Source of the DNA: an uncultured Gammaproteobacteria bacterium
GTDB taxonomy: Bacteria; Patescibacteriota; Microgenomatia; Levybacterales; GWA1-39-11
DNA: 64,000 bases
Direction: 5' to 3'
Assembly: GCA_964452165.1 (NCBI GenBank)
Contig: CAYVKP010000004.1
Location: 5,333-69,332 of the forward strand
Position 1 is the first letter of the stretch, and each line of letters begins with the position of its first letter. A program made the translations under genes and the position numbers. The notes under the pieces were generated by a model that searched no databases, was not told where the DNA came from, and saw only the letters and a list, made by a program, of their open reading frames with translations. Of this stretch, positions 47,500 through 57,291 are shown piece by piece.

Positions 47500-48660
47500 A
47501 TGAGTGAACATGTTCCCGAAGGACTCCCAACCGTTGACTCCGTCGCTTTTGGAGACAGAGCTACTACCGCTCGCTTATCTGACCCATTAGAACCTGCAGG
47601 AAACGAAAAGCCCAGAAGCATAAAAGAGAAAAAGGCGGATCTTTTAAGAGAATTTAAATTACATGCAAGAGATAACGCAAGGCACGGTTCAACGAGTATC
47701 CTATTAAATGAAGATGATTTTGCGGTTAATGATGAAGACCCATCGCAAAATGAAGATATTCTGTGCACCGTTTCCCTTTACTCCAGAGAACCGACGGATA
47801 GGCCTCCAAGTGATACTTTTGCCAGAACCTATTATACGGACGTACCTAATAGAATTAGGGGCAGCCATAGTCCTCATGGTGAAGTTAATTACGCTGTCGC
47901 TGAGCTCAGAATAAAAAACGATAAAGAGTATTCTGTTGAGCAAACCATTAATCCGGGAGATGCAATATCTGATATTTCAACTGATGAAGGCGGAGGTGGT
48001 CTCGACGTTGAGAAAGACCAAATTACGTTAAGAAGTTCTATCCCACTCCCTGATAGGACTATCACGGAGGAAGATGGACAAGCCCCTTATGGGAAATGGG
48101 ACGGCTTTCAGGCTGATTATGACAGGGCCAGCGGGCAATTTAAGACCATTGCCTTGGATCCGTGGAGCAGTGGAGAGTTGCGTCTGGGACCAAATTTTGT
48201 TGAAGAACTTAGCCAAAGCTGCCCTAGGCTTCCTGACGGAACCTTTGTTTATGAAGGCATGGGCAATCGTAAATTTGAAATTAAAGATGAACCGGACCAT
48301 GTAAGAGTCTTAGCAACAAAAGCAAACTCGGGCGCTTTCATGATAATCCCAAAAATGATCGATTTGAAAGATGTTGAAGACAAACTTTTTCCGGACGCTG
48401 AACCCACCTCAAAAGCAGAAAGAATAGAAATGGGCAAGACACGGGCAAAGGGGGAAGATAATGTGGTCTACGAAAGAAGATCTCTTTTTAGAAATCCTGC
48501 TATTTCGCGAAGGGAATTCCCCATTGACCCGGCAACGGGAAAACCTAAAGATCTCGATTCCTGGCGCGGGACATCTATCATGAAGTTGGTGGGCGCTGTA
48601 ATTCGCCCTGAAAAACCCCAGCCAACAGCAACTATTCCCCGACCTCGCAGCAGATATTAA
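47500..48660 (+). CDS. Hypothetical acidic protein (386 aa)
   Basis: ORF only. Confidence 0.45.
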   Translation: MSEHVPEGLPTVDSVAFGDRATTARLSDPLEPAGNEKPRSIKEKKADLLREFKLHARDNARHGSTSILLNEDDFAVNDEDPSQNEDILCTVSLYSREPTDRPPSDTFARTYYTDVPNRIRGSHSPHGEVNYAVAELRIKNDKEYSVEQTINPGDAISDISTDEGGGGLDVEKDQITLRSSIPLPDRTITEEDGQAPYGKWDGFQADYDRASGQFKTIALDPWSSGELRLGPNFVEELSQSCPRLPDGTFVYEGMGNRKFEIKDEPDHVRVLATKANSGAFMIIPKMIDLKDVEDKLFPDAEPTSKAERIEMGKTRAKGEDNVVYERRSLFRNPAISRREFPIDPATGKPKDLDSWRGTSIMKLVGAVIRPEKPQPTATIPRPRSRY

Positions 48661-48672
48661 TCTTGGGAAACC

Positions 48673-49083
48673 CTAGCTCTTAAGCAGTTCCTCAATGGTA
48701 ACTATATTCTCATTTAAAAATACCTGGGTAGCTTCGGCGAGAGTGAGCGTTGAAAGCTCATTTAGAGTAAAAAAGTCAAGTCTTTGCCCTTGTCTTCTTT
48801 CCATAATGTTAACATCATTATCCGTTAACTCTACGTGATAAACGCATTTTTCCGCTGAGCCAGAAAAAGGCGAAGAAAGATCCTTAGTTGTCACATCAAG
48901 ACTTGTTGTGTATTTTATTTTTCTATAAATCGTATCGCTGTTTGATTCCTCGATGTTCTTATTTCCTCCTACTAAACACCATAAAGGTTTTTTAGTCGAG
49001 CCTGGATCCATTTCAGGACCTAAAAGTAGTAGCTTATTCTTATAGGTTAAAAGTGCAGAGCTAGAGGAAAAATCATTGGCCAC
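48673..49083 (-). CDS. Hypothetical protein (136 aa), degenerate Nudix-like box
   Basis: VGGNKNIEESNSDTIYRKIKY loosely resembles GG-x5-E-x7-R but lacks the EE pair. Confidence 0.35.
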   Translation of the reverse strand: MANDFSSSSALLTYKNKLLLLGPEMDPGSTKKPLWCLVGGNKNIEESNSDTIYRKIKYTTSLDVTTKDLSSPFSGSAEKCVYHVELTDNDVNIMERRQGQRLDFFTLNELSTLTLAEATQVFLNENIVTIEELLKS

Positions 49084-49117
49084 GAATAAATTATACCATA
49101 TCCACCAATCATTTCCC

Positions 49118-49126
49118 TGTTATAAT
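49118..49126 (+). promoter_or_regulatory. Extended -10 box TGtTATAAT 7 nt upstream of the obg ATG (leaderless-type)
   Basis: ccTGTTATAATataggatATG read directly. Confidence 0.35.
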
Positions 49127-49133
49127 ATAGGAT

Positions 49134-50105
49134 ATGTCATTGATCGACGATGTAACAATAAGAGTAAAAGCCGGAAAGGGAGGAGATGGCGGAAGGTCAT
49201 TTCACCAAAATTACGGCAGCGTTAAGAGCTCTGCAGACGGAGGAAGTGGTGGCCGCGGCGGAGATATTTATTTTGAGGGCACTTCTAATCTGAGTGACTT
49301 GAGTGAATTTAAGTTCAAAAAGGTGGTTGAGGCGCCGGACGGCGCGCGTGGAATGAATAAAAATCTCGATGGGAAAAGAGGAGAAAGCATAACGGTTTTG
49401 GTTCCGCTCGGAACAACTATCATAGACAACAAGACTCAGGAAACCGTTGAAATATTGGAATCGAACATGCCGGTTCTACTTGCTCGGGGAGGACAAGGAC
49501 AAACAGGAAATCACGACCGGACAGACAATCTAAACCGTTTTGAAGAAGCACGAGCTATCGCGCAAAACGGAGAAGAAAAAGAATTACACCTAATCCTTAA
49601 ATTAATTGCTGATGTTGGATTAATTGGACTTCCAAATGCCGGAAAAAGCTCGCTTCTAAAAACTTTGACTGCAGCAACTCCAAAAATAGGCAACTACCCT
49701 TTCACTACACTTGAACCCAATCTTGGAGTTATTCCCGGTGAAAAAATTGTAATCGCAGACATTCCGGGTCTTGTTGAGGGCGCATCGCGCGGAAAAGGTC
49801 TTGGAATCCAATTTTTAAAACATATTCAAAAAACCAAAATCCTTTTCCATTGCATTGACTCGCTCTCTGAAAATCCGCTGGAAACTTATATGACTGTGCG
49901 ACGCGAATTTGAAGAATATAACCCTGAGATTCTTGAGAAAGATGAGATAATTTTGCTTACAAAAATTGATCTAGCGCAAGACTCGCAAATAGCGAAACAA
50001 AAAATGGCACTCAAAAAAACCAAACGAAAAATTGTTACAGTCTCAATTTATGATGAGGAAAGCATCGGGCGCCTTCGTGATGTTATAATAAATTCCAGAA
50101 TATAA
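49134..50105 (+). CDS. obg: GTPase Obg/CgtA
   Basis: Obg N-terminal Gly-rich fold (KAGKGGDGGRS...GGSGGRGGDIYFEG) and G domain (ADVGLIGLPNAGKSSLL, DIPGL, TKID). Confidence 0.85.
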   Translation: MSLIDDVTIRVKAGKGGDGGRSFHQNYGSVKSSADGGSGGRGGDIYFEGTSNLSDLSEFKFKKVVEAPDGARGMNKNLDGKRGESITVLVPLGTTIIDNKTQETVEILESNMPVLLARGGQGQTGNHDRTDNLNRFEEARAIAQNGEEKELHLILKLIADVGLIGLPNAGKSSLLKTLTAATPKIGNYPFTTLEPNLGVIPGEKIVIADIPGLVEGASRGKGLGIQFLKHIQKTKILFHCIDSLSENPLETYMTVRREFEEYNPEILEKDEIILLTKIDLAQDSQIAKQKMALKKTKRKIVTVSIYDEESIGRLRDVIINSRI

Positions 50106-50212
50106 TCCTTGGAAAACCCCAACCGACAGTTACCATCTCTCACAACACACAAGGTATTGACACATCACAACCGGCTGCAGCCTAAATTCTTTTTGATATA
50201 ATTGTCAGCATA

Positions 50213-50878
50213 ATGAGAGATGCTGGAAGCTTTAACCCCGAACAAAAAGGAGCGATAGCTTCAGATATATATTCGACGTTACAACGTCAGAGAGGGTTCA
50301 CTTCCTTGACAGGTCCTGGATCTGGTGAGGTTATACGCGCAGACATGGGAAGAAGAATTAAAGTAGCCTGGCACAACGTTGACACTGAATATAGAGACTA
50401 TAACAGAATGTTATTGCATAAAAAGGGGTTCGAAGACCCGGACATAGATGCCGGGGTACTTCTCATGACGGAAGCACAGTTTAAGAATCCTAACTGGCCG
50501 GAAACAACTTTTATAACGCCGGAGCCACATGTAGCAACGTTTAATGTAAGTGGAACCGGAAAGATACTTAGACGAAATGGGGAGACCTTCGAACCTTCAA
50601 CACTTGAGACTCATCACCTTGATGCTCTCGCAAGACTTGCCACTCTTTCTGTTGTACCAAGACAAATCATTCAGACTTTTGGCTCGTATGAGAATTTTAC
50701 TGCTCTCTTGGGAGAGGTGGATATGGCGGGTATTGAATTTCCTGAAAAAAAACCGTACCGAGCTTTATATGATGGCGGTCTTTCCAAATTTGTCAAAGAA
50801 CTCGAGGTAAGTGAAGAAACGGAGACCGGGGAAAATAGACTCTCGCAGCTCTGGCAAACTCTTTCTCGCAGACAATGA
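50213..50878 (+). CDS. Hypothetical protein (221 aa)
   Basis: ORF only. Confidence 0.45.
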   Translation: MRDAGSFNPEQKGAIASDIYSTLQRQRGFTSLTGPGSGEVIRADMGRRIKVAWHNVDTEYRDYNRMLLHKKGFEDPDIDAGVLLMTEAQFKNPNWPETTFITPEPHVATFNVSGTGKILRRNGETFEPSTLETHHLDALARLATLSVVPRQIIQTFGSYENFTALLGEVDMAGIEFPEKKPYRALYDGGLSKFVKELEVSEETETGENRLSQLWQTLSRRQ

Positions 50879-51369
50879 AGAACAAAATCGGACTCGTTAT
50901 TGGGCGGTTTCAACCATTTCATCTGGGACATCTTTATCTGATCCAAAAAGCTCTTGAGAACGCTGAGAAAATTATTATTGCGGTAGGATCTTCAAATGTT
51001 CACGATTCCGATAACCCTCTTTCTTATGAAGCCCGAGTCGAGATTATTGAAAAAGTTATCGAAGAGGAAAAACTGTCGAACAAAGTTTTGAAAATTGTCC
51101 CCTCACCTGATGACCCAAGCGATAATGAGTGGCTTAAAAAATTAGTTGAACAAACAGGTAGATTCGATATTGAAATAGGCAACAACGACTGGACAAACAA
51201 TATCCTAGAGCAAGCCGGCTACAAAGTGCTCCGAATTCCCTATTTTGAACGTGACATTCACCAGGGAGTTTTAATTCGCCAAATCATAGAGCAAGACGGA
51301 CTCTGGCAAGAAAGAGTCCCAAAATATTTAGTCCCACAAATCAAGAAAGCATTTGAATCCGCGCAGTAG
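50875..51369 (+). CDS. nadM: Nicotinamide-nucleotide adenylyltransferase, archaeal NadM-type
   Basis: IGLVIGRFQPFHLGHLYLIQKALE (the RFQPFHxGH signature) and overall length about 165 aa. Confidence 0.7.
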   Translation: MKNKIGLVIGRFQPFHLGHLYLIQKALENAEKIIIAVGSSNVHDSDNPLSYEARVEIIEKVIEEEKLSNKVLKIVPSPDDPSDNEWLKKLVEQTGRFDIEIGNNDWTNNILEQAGYKVLRIPYFERDIHQGVLIRQIIEQDGLWQERVPKYLVPQIKKAFESAQ

Positions 51370-51387
51370 TAAGTTATAGAATTAACT

Positions 51388-52725
51388 ATGACCCTCACTT
51401 ACTTTGATTCCGTAGGAATCGTAATTTATCTTTTCATCGCGGCTTTTATTTACAAAAAGGCTTGGTTTTATTCTTTTTATTCATTCTTCAAGTTTATTTT
51501 AGTTTTCATTCTGACGCTTGTCGTAAGTCTTATGCTTGCTGCGCACACCCCAAAACTGCCGCTCACAAAACTTGAGCAGTCCCTAGTTATACAGTGGCTT
51601 CTATTCATAATTTTATGGAGAATTATTTCTTTCAAAACCATTTTTTTTGCCGTAACAGATGGGAAATTCAGCCTAAACAGATTTTTGTTCATGCATCATA
51701 TCGACCGATATATGAGCCTGGCGCCCTCCCTTGTCGCATCTTTTTTCATAACTTTTTCCCTGTTCACAGTGCTTGTTAGCGCAAGTACGGGAAACCTTGC
51801 TCTTCAACGACAAATTGAAACTTCTCAAATTGTTAAACCGCTTTCTTACAAAATTTATTTTGCAGCCGCATCAACCGGCGCAAATCTTTTTCAGGGCGTT
51901 GCATACAAACTTACACCGGTTTATGAGCCGACTAATCAGGTTGCTCCTGTTCCACAAAATTATGAGGCCGTTAATTCTTTCAAAGAAAAGGTTAACGAGC
52001 AAAGACAAGATATTGGTCTTACCCCGGTTGGAGATTTGGGAACTTTTATACCTACTAACGTTTATGTTTCCCCCAACGGAGCAGCTCCAGACAACGGAGC
52101 ACCCACGCCTGTCCAAGTTGACACTCAAATATTCGTCCCGGCGCAACTACCAAGTCCTACCCCAACTCCTTTCCCAACGCCAACGTTGGCGAGCCAACCC
52201 AACCAGCAATTTCCTATCTTTCCAATCGCAAATCCCTTCCAACAAGCTACTCAACCCCAACAGCCCACCCCAACATCTGCTCCTGCACCAACAGAAGAAC
52301 CCGCCCATTCCTTCACTATTCCCTTTGTTGCTCCCCAGGCAGATATCTCACAGGCCGAGCAGGACATTCTGAGATTAACGAATCAACAACGAGCGCAAAA
52401 TGGCTTAGGGCCACTTACAATTGATCCTGCAATTTCAGCAGTTGCACGCGCTCATAGCCGGGACATGTCAGTAAGAGGTTTTTTTGACCACATAAATCCT
52501 GACGGACTCTCCCCTTTTGACAGAATGAGAATTGGTGGAATTTCTTTCACAACTGCCGGCGAAAATATTGCGGGCGGTCCAACATCCGATATCATTATGA
52601 CTAACTGGATGAACTCTCCCGGACACCGTGCCAATATTTTGAGGAATACTTTTGGAAGAATCGGAATTGGAGTCGTTCAGGACTCAACCTACGGACTCAT
52701 GGCCACTCAGGACTTTGCAAATTGA
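51388..52725 (+). CDS. Membrane-anchored CAP/SCP (PR-1-like, YkwD-type) domain protein
   Basis: C-terminal HSRDMSVRGFFDHINPDG ... NIAGG ... WMNSPGHRANIL ... IGIGV; N-terminal TM helices and a Pro/Gln-rich linker. Confidence 0.65.
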   Translation: MTLTYFDSVGIVIYLFIAAFIYKKAWFYSFYSFFKFILVFILTLVVSLMLAAHTPKLPLTKLEQSLVIQWLLFIILWRIISFKTIFFAVTDGKFSLNRFLFMHHIDRYMSLAPSLVASFFITFSLFTVLVSASTGNLALQRQIETSQIVKPLSYKIYFAAASTGANLFQGVAYKLTPVYEPTNQVAPVPQNYEAVNSFKEKVNEQRQDIGLTPVGDLGTFIPTNVYVSPNGAAPDNGAPTPVQVDTQIFVPAQLPSPTPTPFPTPTLASQPNQQFPIFPIANPFQQATQPQQPTPTSAPAPTEEPAHSFTIPFVAPQADISQAEQDILRLTNQQRAQNGLGPLTIDPAISAVARAHSRDMSVRGFFDHINPDGLSPFDRMRIGGISFTTAGENIAGGPTSDIIMTNWMNSPGHRANILRNTFGRIGIGVVQDSTYGLMATQDFAN

Positions 52726-52796
52726 CATTTATTTGAACCTTCAAAATAGTTAATTGTCACATGTCAAAGGCGTTCTTCCTTGATATAATTTAATTA

Positions 52797-53255
52797 ATGA
52801 AGGTTCATAGGATTGTAATCGAACACATTCAACACGCCCACAAAATCAACAAACTTTCCCACCTTATAGTTCTCCTGAGTTTTCTTACAACTTTCGTTGT
52901 TACAAGGATAGTAGTTGGACTTCAAAATACAAATCTTCTCCCGACACCCCAGATTCAGCCTCATATTCACCACCTTGTCCCTGGAATTATTTTACTTTTG
53001 GTCGCAGGATACTTAGCAATTGCTTTCTGGGAAAATAAAAAATTTCATCTTTACATGTCGGCGCTTTTTGGAATTGGCTCGGCACTAACTCTTGACGAAT
53101 GTGCATTGTGGTTTTATCTCAGGGATGTTTATTGGGAAAAAGGGAGATTCGGTTTTGATGCTATAGTGATTGTGGCGACCTTGCTCTTTGTTACTTATGT
53201 CGTAGGCGAAGTTCACGCTTCAAAACGCCGGGCGGAAAAAAATGAAGTTTTCTAA
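52797..53255 (+). CDS. Membrane protein (152 aa)
   Basis: 4 TM helices. Confidence 0.45.
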   Translation: MKVHRIVIEHIQHAHKINKLSHLIVLLSFLTTFVVTRIVVGLQNTNLLPTPQIQPHIHHLVPGIILLLVAGYLAIAFWENKKFHLYMSALFGIGSALTLDECALWFYLRDVYWEKGRFGFDAIVIVATLLFVTYVVGEVHASKRRAEKNEVF

Positions 53256-53269
53256 TTGGCTTTTGCTTT

Positions 53270-54013
53270 TTGTTTGTTATAAAATGCCATATGGAAGAAA
53301 AAACCGGCGAAACAAAAGTCGAGACCGTTGAACACAAAACTGAACCCCCAATGAATAAAAAAGATCCTTTTTCGATTGTAGGGAAAGTTGCGGTCCTCTT
53401 GATAGTTGCTGCTCTTCTTGTTGGCGGCGGACTTTATCTTGGCAAAAGCATGAATAAAAATTCAAATTCGAACAATTCCGTAATGCCAAGCCCAACAGTA
53501 GAACAAGCAATGGAGGAATCGCCAACCGCCTCTCCCACCCCTTCAACAAGCTCGGGGCAGGCGCAAATGAAAACTGTTGTTGCCGGGCCTGCAAAAGGGA
53601 CAAGTTTTGGAGCTTACTCAATCGATATTCCAAGCGGTTGGACTGACAAACACGAAGTAACTGACATAACAGACAAGCTCACTATCACAAAAGGGGCGTA
53701 CGAGCTTTCAATTTACCAGGCGCCAATTGGAGGCGGAGGATGCCGCTACCCTGGACAATCTGATGCTCCAATGTCACAAAGATTTACGGAGTTTAAGGAA
53801 ATAGATGGAACAACTGGAAACATGATAAGAAGCTGGAACAAAACTGGAAATCCTGCGGGACAGATTGTCTACACGATTTGTCAGGGCGGAATCGGAGACA
53901 TATCCAGCTCCCCAACCTCATTTGGTGCTATCTCTGCAAAGTCTCCTGACCCGGCGGACGCGGCAACAATGAAAGATATTGATTCTATGATCTCCTCCAT
54001 CACCACAAAGTAG
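53270..54013 (+). CDS. Anchored extracytoplasmic protein (247 aa)
   Basis: TM, Ser/Pro linker, beta-rich C-terminal domain. Confidence 0.45.
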   Translation: MFVIKCHMEEKTGETKVETVEHKTEPPMNKKDPFSIVGKVAVLLIVAALLVGGGLYLGKSMNKNSNSNNSVMPSPTVEQAMEESPTASPTPSTSSGQAQMKTVVAGPAKGTSFGAYSIDIPSGWTDKHEVTDITDKLTITKGAYELSIYQAPIGGGGCRYPGQSDAPMSQRFTEFKEIDGTTGNMIRSWNKTGNPAGQIVYTICQGGIGDISSSPTSFGAISAKSPDPADAATMKDIDSMISSITTK

Positions 54014-54016
54014 AGC

Positions 54017-54253
54017 TTAAGACTGTCTTTTTTCGTGTCTTCTAATACCCATTGTTATATCTGCAAATATTATTCCACCCTTCTCCTTGAATATCTGCTC
54101 AACATTTTGTCTTCTCTGAGCTTGCAAATGAGCGAATGCTGCTTCTTTCTGGTTTAATTTTTCCTGAGTTATGATATTGAACGGGGTTTCGCTTGAAAGT
54201 CTAATGTCCGTTTTGGGATCGAGTTTTATAGCTTTTTGCTTCTCGGGTCTCAC
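54017..54253 (-). CDS. Small hypothetical protein (78 aa)
   Basis: AT-rich ORF; last host-like gene before the compositional shift. Confidence 0.3.
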   Translation of the reverse strand: MRPEKQKAIKLDPKTDIRLSSETPFNIITQEKLNQKEAAFAHLQAQRRQNVEQIFKEKGGIIFADITMGIRRHEKRQS

Positions 54254-54360
54254 GAGATCATTATATCATTAGGATCAAACTCGCCTGAATTACCCTAACT
54301 TATTATTATCATATACAGATTGGGGCAAGCTTATAGTTATTGCTACTCTACCCTCATTTT

Positions 54361-54526
54361 TGATATAATTTTCGTCTAGTTTCCCGGAGGTGACACAACC
54401 TCGGCATTTGCTTGCCGAAAAAGTGTCCTCTGAGACACTTTTTTCCTTCCAAGACGGAAGAGTCGACGAAGCAATTTGCAAGCTTTTGTTCGAAGCCAAG
54501 TCAAAAGAAGGTCGCACCTGAACAAT
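54361..54526 (+). promoter_or_regulatory. Regulatory cassette copy A: extended -10 (TGaTATAAT, 54361-54369), hairpin GTGTC-ctctga-GACAC plus T6 (54424-54445), conserved tail ...GGTCGCACCTGAACAA
   Basis: Read directly; homologous to copy B at 61849-62018. Confidence 0.55.
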
Positions 54527-54597
54527 CCGGGAATTAACATTTTTTAAAAAACTTTAAACAATTATTAGCTCGCACGATACTGAAAGGAGGCGGTCCC

Positions 54598-55107
54598 ATG
54601 ACGACAATTCTACTTCTGGTACTTGCGGGCATAGCAATCATCGTGATTGCTCGTTTCGCAGTATTACGCAAGAATAAATCCAAGCCTCAACCCATTGTCC
54701 ACGAGGTGGACGATCGTAACTGGGAGGAAGATATCGAAAACTTTATGGATACTGCTCTCAAAAGCAGCACGCTTGTTACGCATCTTCATGCTCAGTGGGA
54801 ATTCGCCCACAGACGGATGATAGCAGGGGGTGTATCCAAAAAGTTCGATCTCAAGCTCGGCGAAAAACCTGAGTGGATGACTTGGCCCGACATGCTCGTG
54901 GTCCAAGAAGGAGATCGATTTGACGTCAACGCATACTTCAAGCGCGCTAGGATCGGCGATGAATTAATCGTCGTTAACCGACGTGTCAGAATATTCGCGC
55001 TTCGCCGCCGTAAACAATACGGCTTTCGCGATGACGAGATAACTGTCCGCCGTCCCTACGCGGGAGATTTTCCTTACTTACTTGGTCCCTACAAGGCTAA
55101 GGATTAG
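54598..55107 (+). CDS. Island ORF 1: membrane-anchored hypothetical protein (169 aa)
   Basis: AGGAGG 7 nt upstream; N-terminal TM; GC-rich. Confidence 0.5.
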   Translation: MTTILLLVLAGIAIIVIARFAVLRKNKSKPQPIVHEVDDRNWEEDIENFMDTALKSSTLVTHLHAQWEFAHRRMIAGGVSKKFDLKLGEKPEWMTWPDMLVVQEGDRFDVNAYFKRARIGDELIVVNRRVRIFALRRRKQYGFRDDEITVRRPYAGDFPYLLGPYKAKD

Positions 55108-55140
55108 ACCGCGAAAGCGGATCCTCACGAAAGGAGGAAC

Positions 55141-55476
55141 ATGGCTTATAAGCCCAGATACGGATTGTCGCTAGAGGCTGAAGTTTGGGCATTTGCCATG
55201 CTTGTCATCCTCTCGATCGTGTTGCTCTGTGCGGTTATTTTCACTCTACTCGCCTATCAGAATCGCATCTCCGAAGAACGGGCCCTGCCTGTGCTTCGTC
55301 AGATCGCGAAAACCGAACGCGTGTATGTGACAAGCCACACCAACAACATACCGATCACCGGGCATCCGGGCGACGTTACATTCGAACTCACTGTAGACGG
55401 AAAGCAAGCTCGTGGCCACTGCACTAAGTACGACAAGGGCAGAAAGGTTACATGCACGCTTACCTACTACGAGTGA
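55141..55476 (+). CDS. Island ORF 2: membrane-anchored hypothetical protein (111 aa)
   Basis: AGGAGG RBS; one TM. Confidence 0.5.
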   Translation: MAYKPRYGLSLEAEVWAFAMLVILSIVLLCAVIFTLLAYQNRISEERALPVLRQIAKTERVYVTSHTNNIPITGHPGDVTFELTVDGKQARGHCTKYDKGRKVTCTLTYYE

Positions 55477-55512
55477 CTAGCAAGCGCATCAAGCGCGGGA
55501 GGAAACAGACAC

Positions 55513-55752
55513 ATGAATCGCATTTCCGATCCCGATAAGAAGTTTCCGGCACTCGCGGCCCAAAAGAAAAAGCCGCTGCTGGACGCCATCAAGGCCAACT
55601 TCACTCAGGATGAACTCGAGAGAGTTCTGAAAGACAGAAGCCGAACGATCGAAGTAACTATTCTGCTTGGAAACAAGCTTGGTAGTACCGCGACCGCAAC
55701 GGTGAGTCTTGACAGAGAAGACTTAGAGCGTAGAATAGCTCGAAAGTCATAG
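55513..55752 (+). CDS. Island ORF 3: hypothetical protein (79 aa)
   Basis: GGGAGGA RBS. Confidence 0.45.
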   Translation: MNRISDPDKKFPALAAQKKKPLLDAIKANFTQDELERVLKDRSRTIEVTILLGNKLGSTATATVSLDREDLERRIARKS

Positions 55753-55764
55753 CGCGGAGGAAAC

Positions 55765-56223
55765 ATGGAAACAAAGACGATTTCGTTCCAGCTGACCCAC
55801 GGCACGGCCGAGGTCTGCTACTACGTCAACGGCTACGGTGTTTACTTCACTGTGGTGACCAAGGGAGCTTCCCCTGTCATCCATGCGAAGAGCATCATCG
55901 AAGCCATCAAGGAGGACAACGTCGAGATTCAGCTCTGGCCCCGTCACTACACGTTCTACTGCCTGCAAACGCGGCGGTCGAACGAATATCGCGAGAAAGG
56001 CTATTTCTGTCTCGACGAGCTCTCCACGGAATATCACGGCGCGTTCCCGTTCCTAACGTGGAAACCAATCGCGATGTCCGAGGGAGAGAAACGCTTACGT
56101 AGCGAGGACACCATTCGTAAGGTGAGACCGCTTCGCAAGCACGTGAGAGAGGCATTCGCCAACTTCCTGGAGGAAGAAGAGAACGAGCCTCTACCCAAAC
56201 GGGATTGGCAACCACCGCACTAA
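55765..56223 (+). CDS. Island ORF 4: hypothetical protein (152 aa)
   Basis: GGAGGA RBS. Confidence 0.5.
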   Translation: METKTISFQLTHGTAEVCYYVNGYGVYFTVVTKGASPVIHAKSIIEAIKEDNVEIQLWPRHYTFYCLQTRRSNEYREKGYFCLDELSTEYHGAFPFLTWKPIAMSEGEKRLRSEDTIRKVRPLRKHVREAFANFLEEEENEPLPKRDWQPPH

Positions 56224-56247
56224 ACGCGGAAGAAAAGGAGCATCGCC

Positions 56248-56412
56248 ATGGAACCCCGCGAAAAAGAGAACAACCGACCGTTGCACAAGAAGATTTCGAT
56301 CTTCAACCTGATTTGTGCAATCGTGTCGATTACGCTCGCAGCATACCTGCTGATTCCGCGGATATTTTCTCGTCCCGAAAGCGACGAAGATAAACCTCCC
56401 GGTGGTAAATAA
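56248..56412 (+). CDS. Island micro-ORF: 54-aa single-TM peptide
   Basis: AAGGAG RBS; ISIFNLICAIVSITLAAYLLIP TM; below the 60-aa track cutoff. Confidence 0.35.
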   Translation: MEPREKENNRPLHKKISIFNLICAIVSITLAAYLLIPRIFSRPESDEDKPPGGK

Positions 56413-56480
56413 GCCCACCGAAATCAACCCATCAACTCTCGCTCGCAAGCGGGATACAAACACAACGAGGAGTAACAACG

Positions 56481-56837
56481 ATGAACTTCTTCGACCCCAG
56501 GGACAGCAGGACAGCACGATTCCGGGACTCGGAGGACGACGGTCAAAGCCCGCAGGCCCGACCTCGCACCCCGCGATCCGGAAACGCGATCAAGGAGCCG
56601 ACTCGCGCCGAAAAGATTCGGGCGATACTCGTGTTCTACACGAGAGGCGAACTCCAGACCATGTTCGAACGACTCCAAGCAAGAGGAAGTCGCACTAAAA
56701 GCGTCGAGATTGCGCTGGTACCATGGATTGGAACTGATCCGGGTGGCGGTGTGAACTCGCGGAAGGTCTCACTATCCCGAAAGGACTTGGAGCGAATCCT
56801 GAACGGCCAATGGATGGCAGGTTCAGTCCGAGGTTAG
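56481..56837 (+). CDS. Island ORF: basic hypothetical protein (118 aa)
   Basis: GAGGAG RBS. Confidence 0.45.
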   Translation: MNFFDPRDSRTARFRDSEDDGQSPQARPRTPRSGNAIKEPTRAEKIRAILVFYTRGELQTMFERLQARGSRTKSVEIALVPWIGTDPGGGVNSRKVSLSRKDLERILNGQWMAGSVRG

Positions 56838-56874
56838 GATACAAGACGGCTTTACCCCGCCGAAGGAGGCAATC

Positions 56875-57105
56875 ATGCCAGAAGACCGAGCAAAGGCTTG
56901 GATTCCAAGCGCAGAACTCGCTGGGGAAAACCTCGATGAGTATCTGAGCAAAGTCCCTAAAGGATCGGAAGTCCAATGCTGGAGCGCTGCTCAAATCACC
57001 CGAGTCTACACTTCTCGTCATTACAGGGTTCGCGACTTGCGAAGTCACATACCCGACAAGAAGGAGCTTGAGGAGCACGCCAAGCTGAAGGACAAAGCAT
57101 CATGA
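56875..57105 (+). CDS. Island ORF: hypothetical protein (76 aa)
   Basis: AAGGAGG RBS. Confidence 0.4.
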   Translation: MPEDRAKAWIPSAELAGENLDEYLSKVPKGSEVQCWSAAQITRVYTSRHYRVRDLRSHIPDKKELEEHAKLKDKAS

Positions 57106-57254
57106 AGACCGCAGGCCAAAAGGCGCTTACCGGTATCAAAATCCTGGTGGAAGTTGCGGTAGCAGTCTCGGCGGCACTAGTCGTCTTGGCTCTACTCGAT
57201 TCCATCATGGATGACGAGGCCGAAGAACGCCAAACCGGCACCTACGGAAAATAA
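57102..57254 (+). CDS. Island micro-ORF: 50-aa single-TM peptide (ATGA-coupled)
   Basis: Start overlaps the upstream stop (ATGA); ILVEVAVAVSAALVVLALL TM. Confidence 0.3.
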   Translation: MKTAGQKALTGIKILVEVAVAVSAALVVLALLDSIMDDEAEERQTGTYGK

Positions 57255-57291
57255 CCAGCGCTAGTGCGCTAGGAAAAGAAAGAGGACAACC

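Noticed and set aside
48673-49083. Nudix hydrolase call for 48673..49083
   Set aside because: The GG-x5-E-x7-R part of the box is present but the REUxEE glutamates are missing; left as hypothetical.
54290-54517. Minus-strand ORF 54290..54517 (75 aa)
   Set aside because: It lies entirely within regulatory cassette A (promoter plus hairpin), which is duplicated as non-coding DNA at 61.85-62.02 kb.
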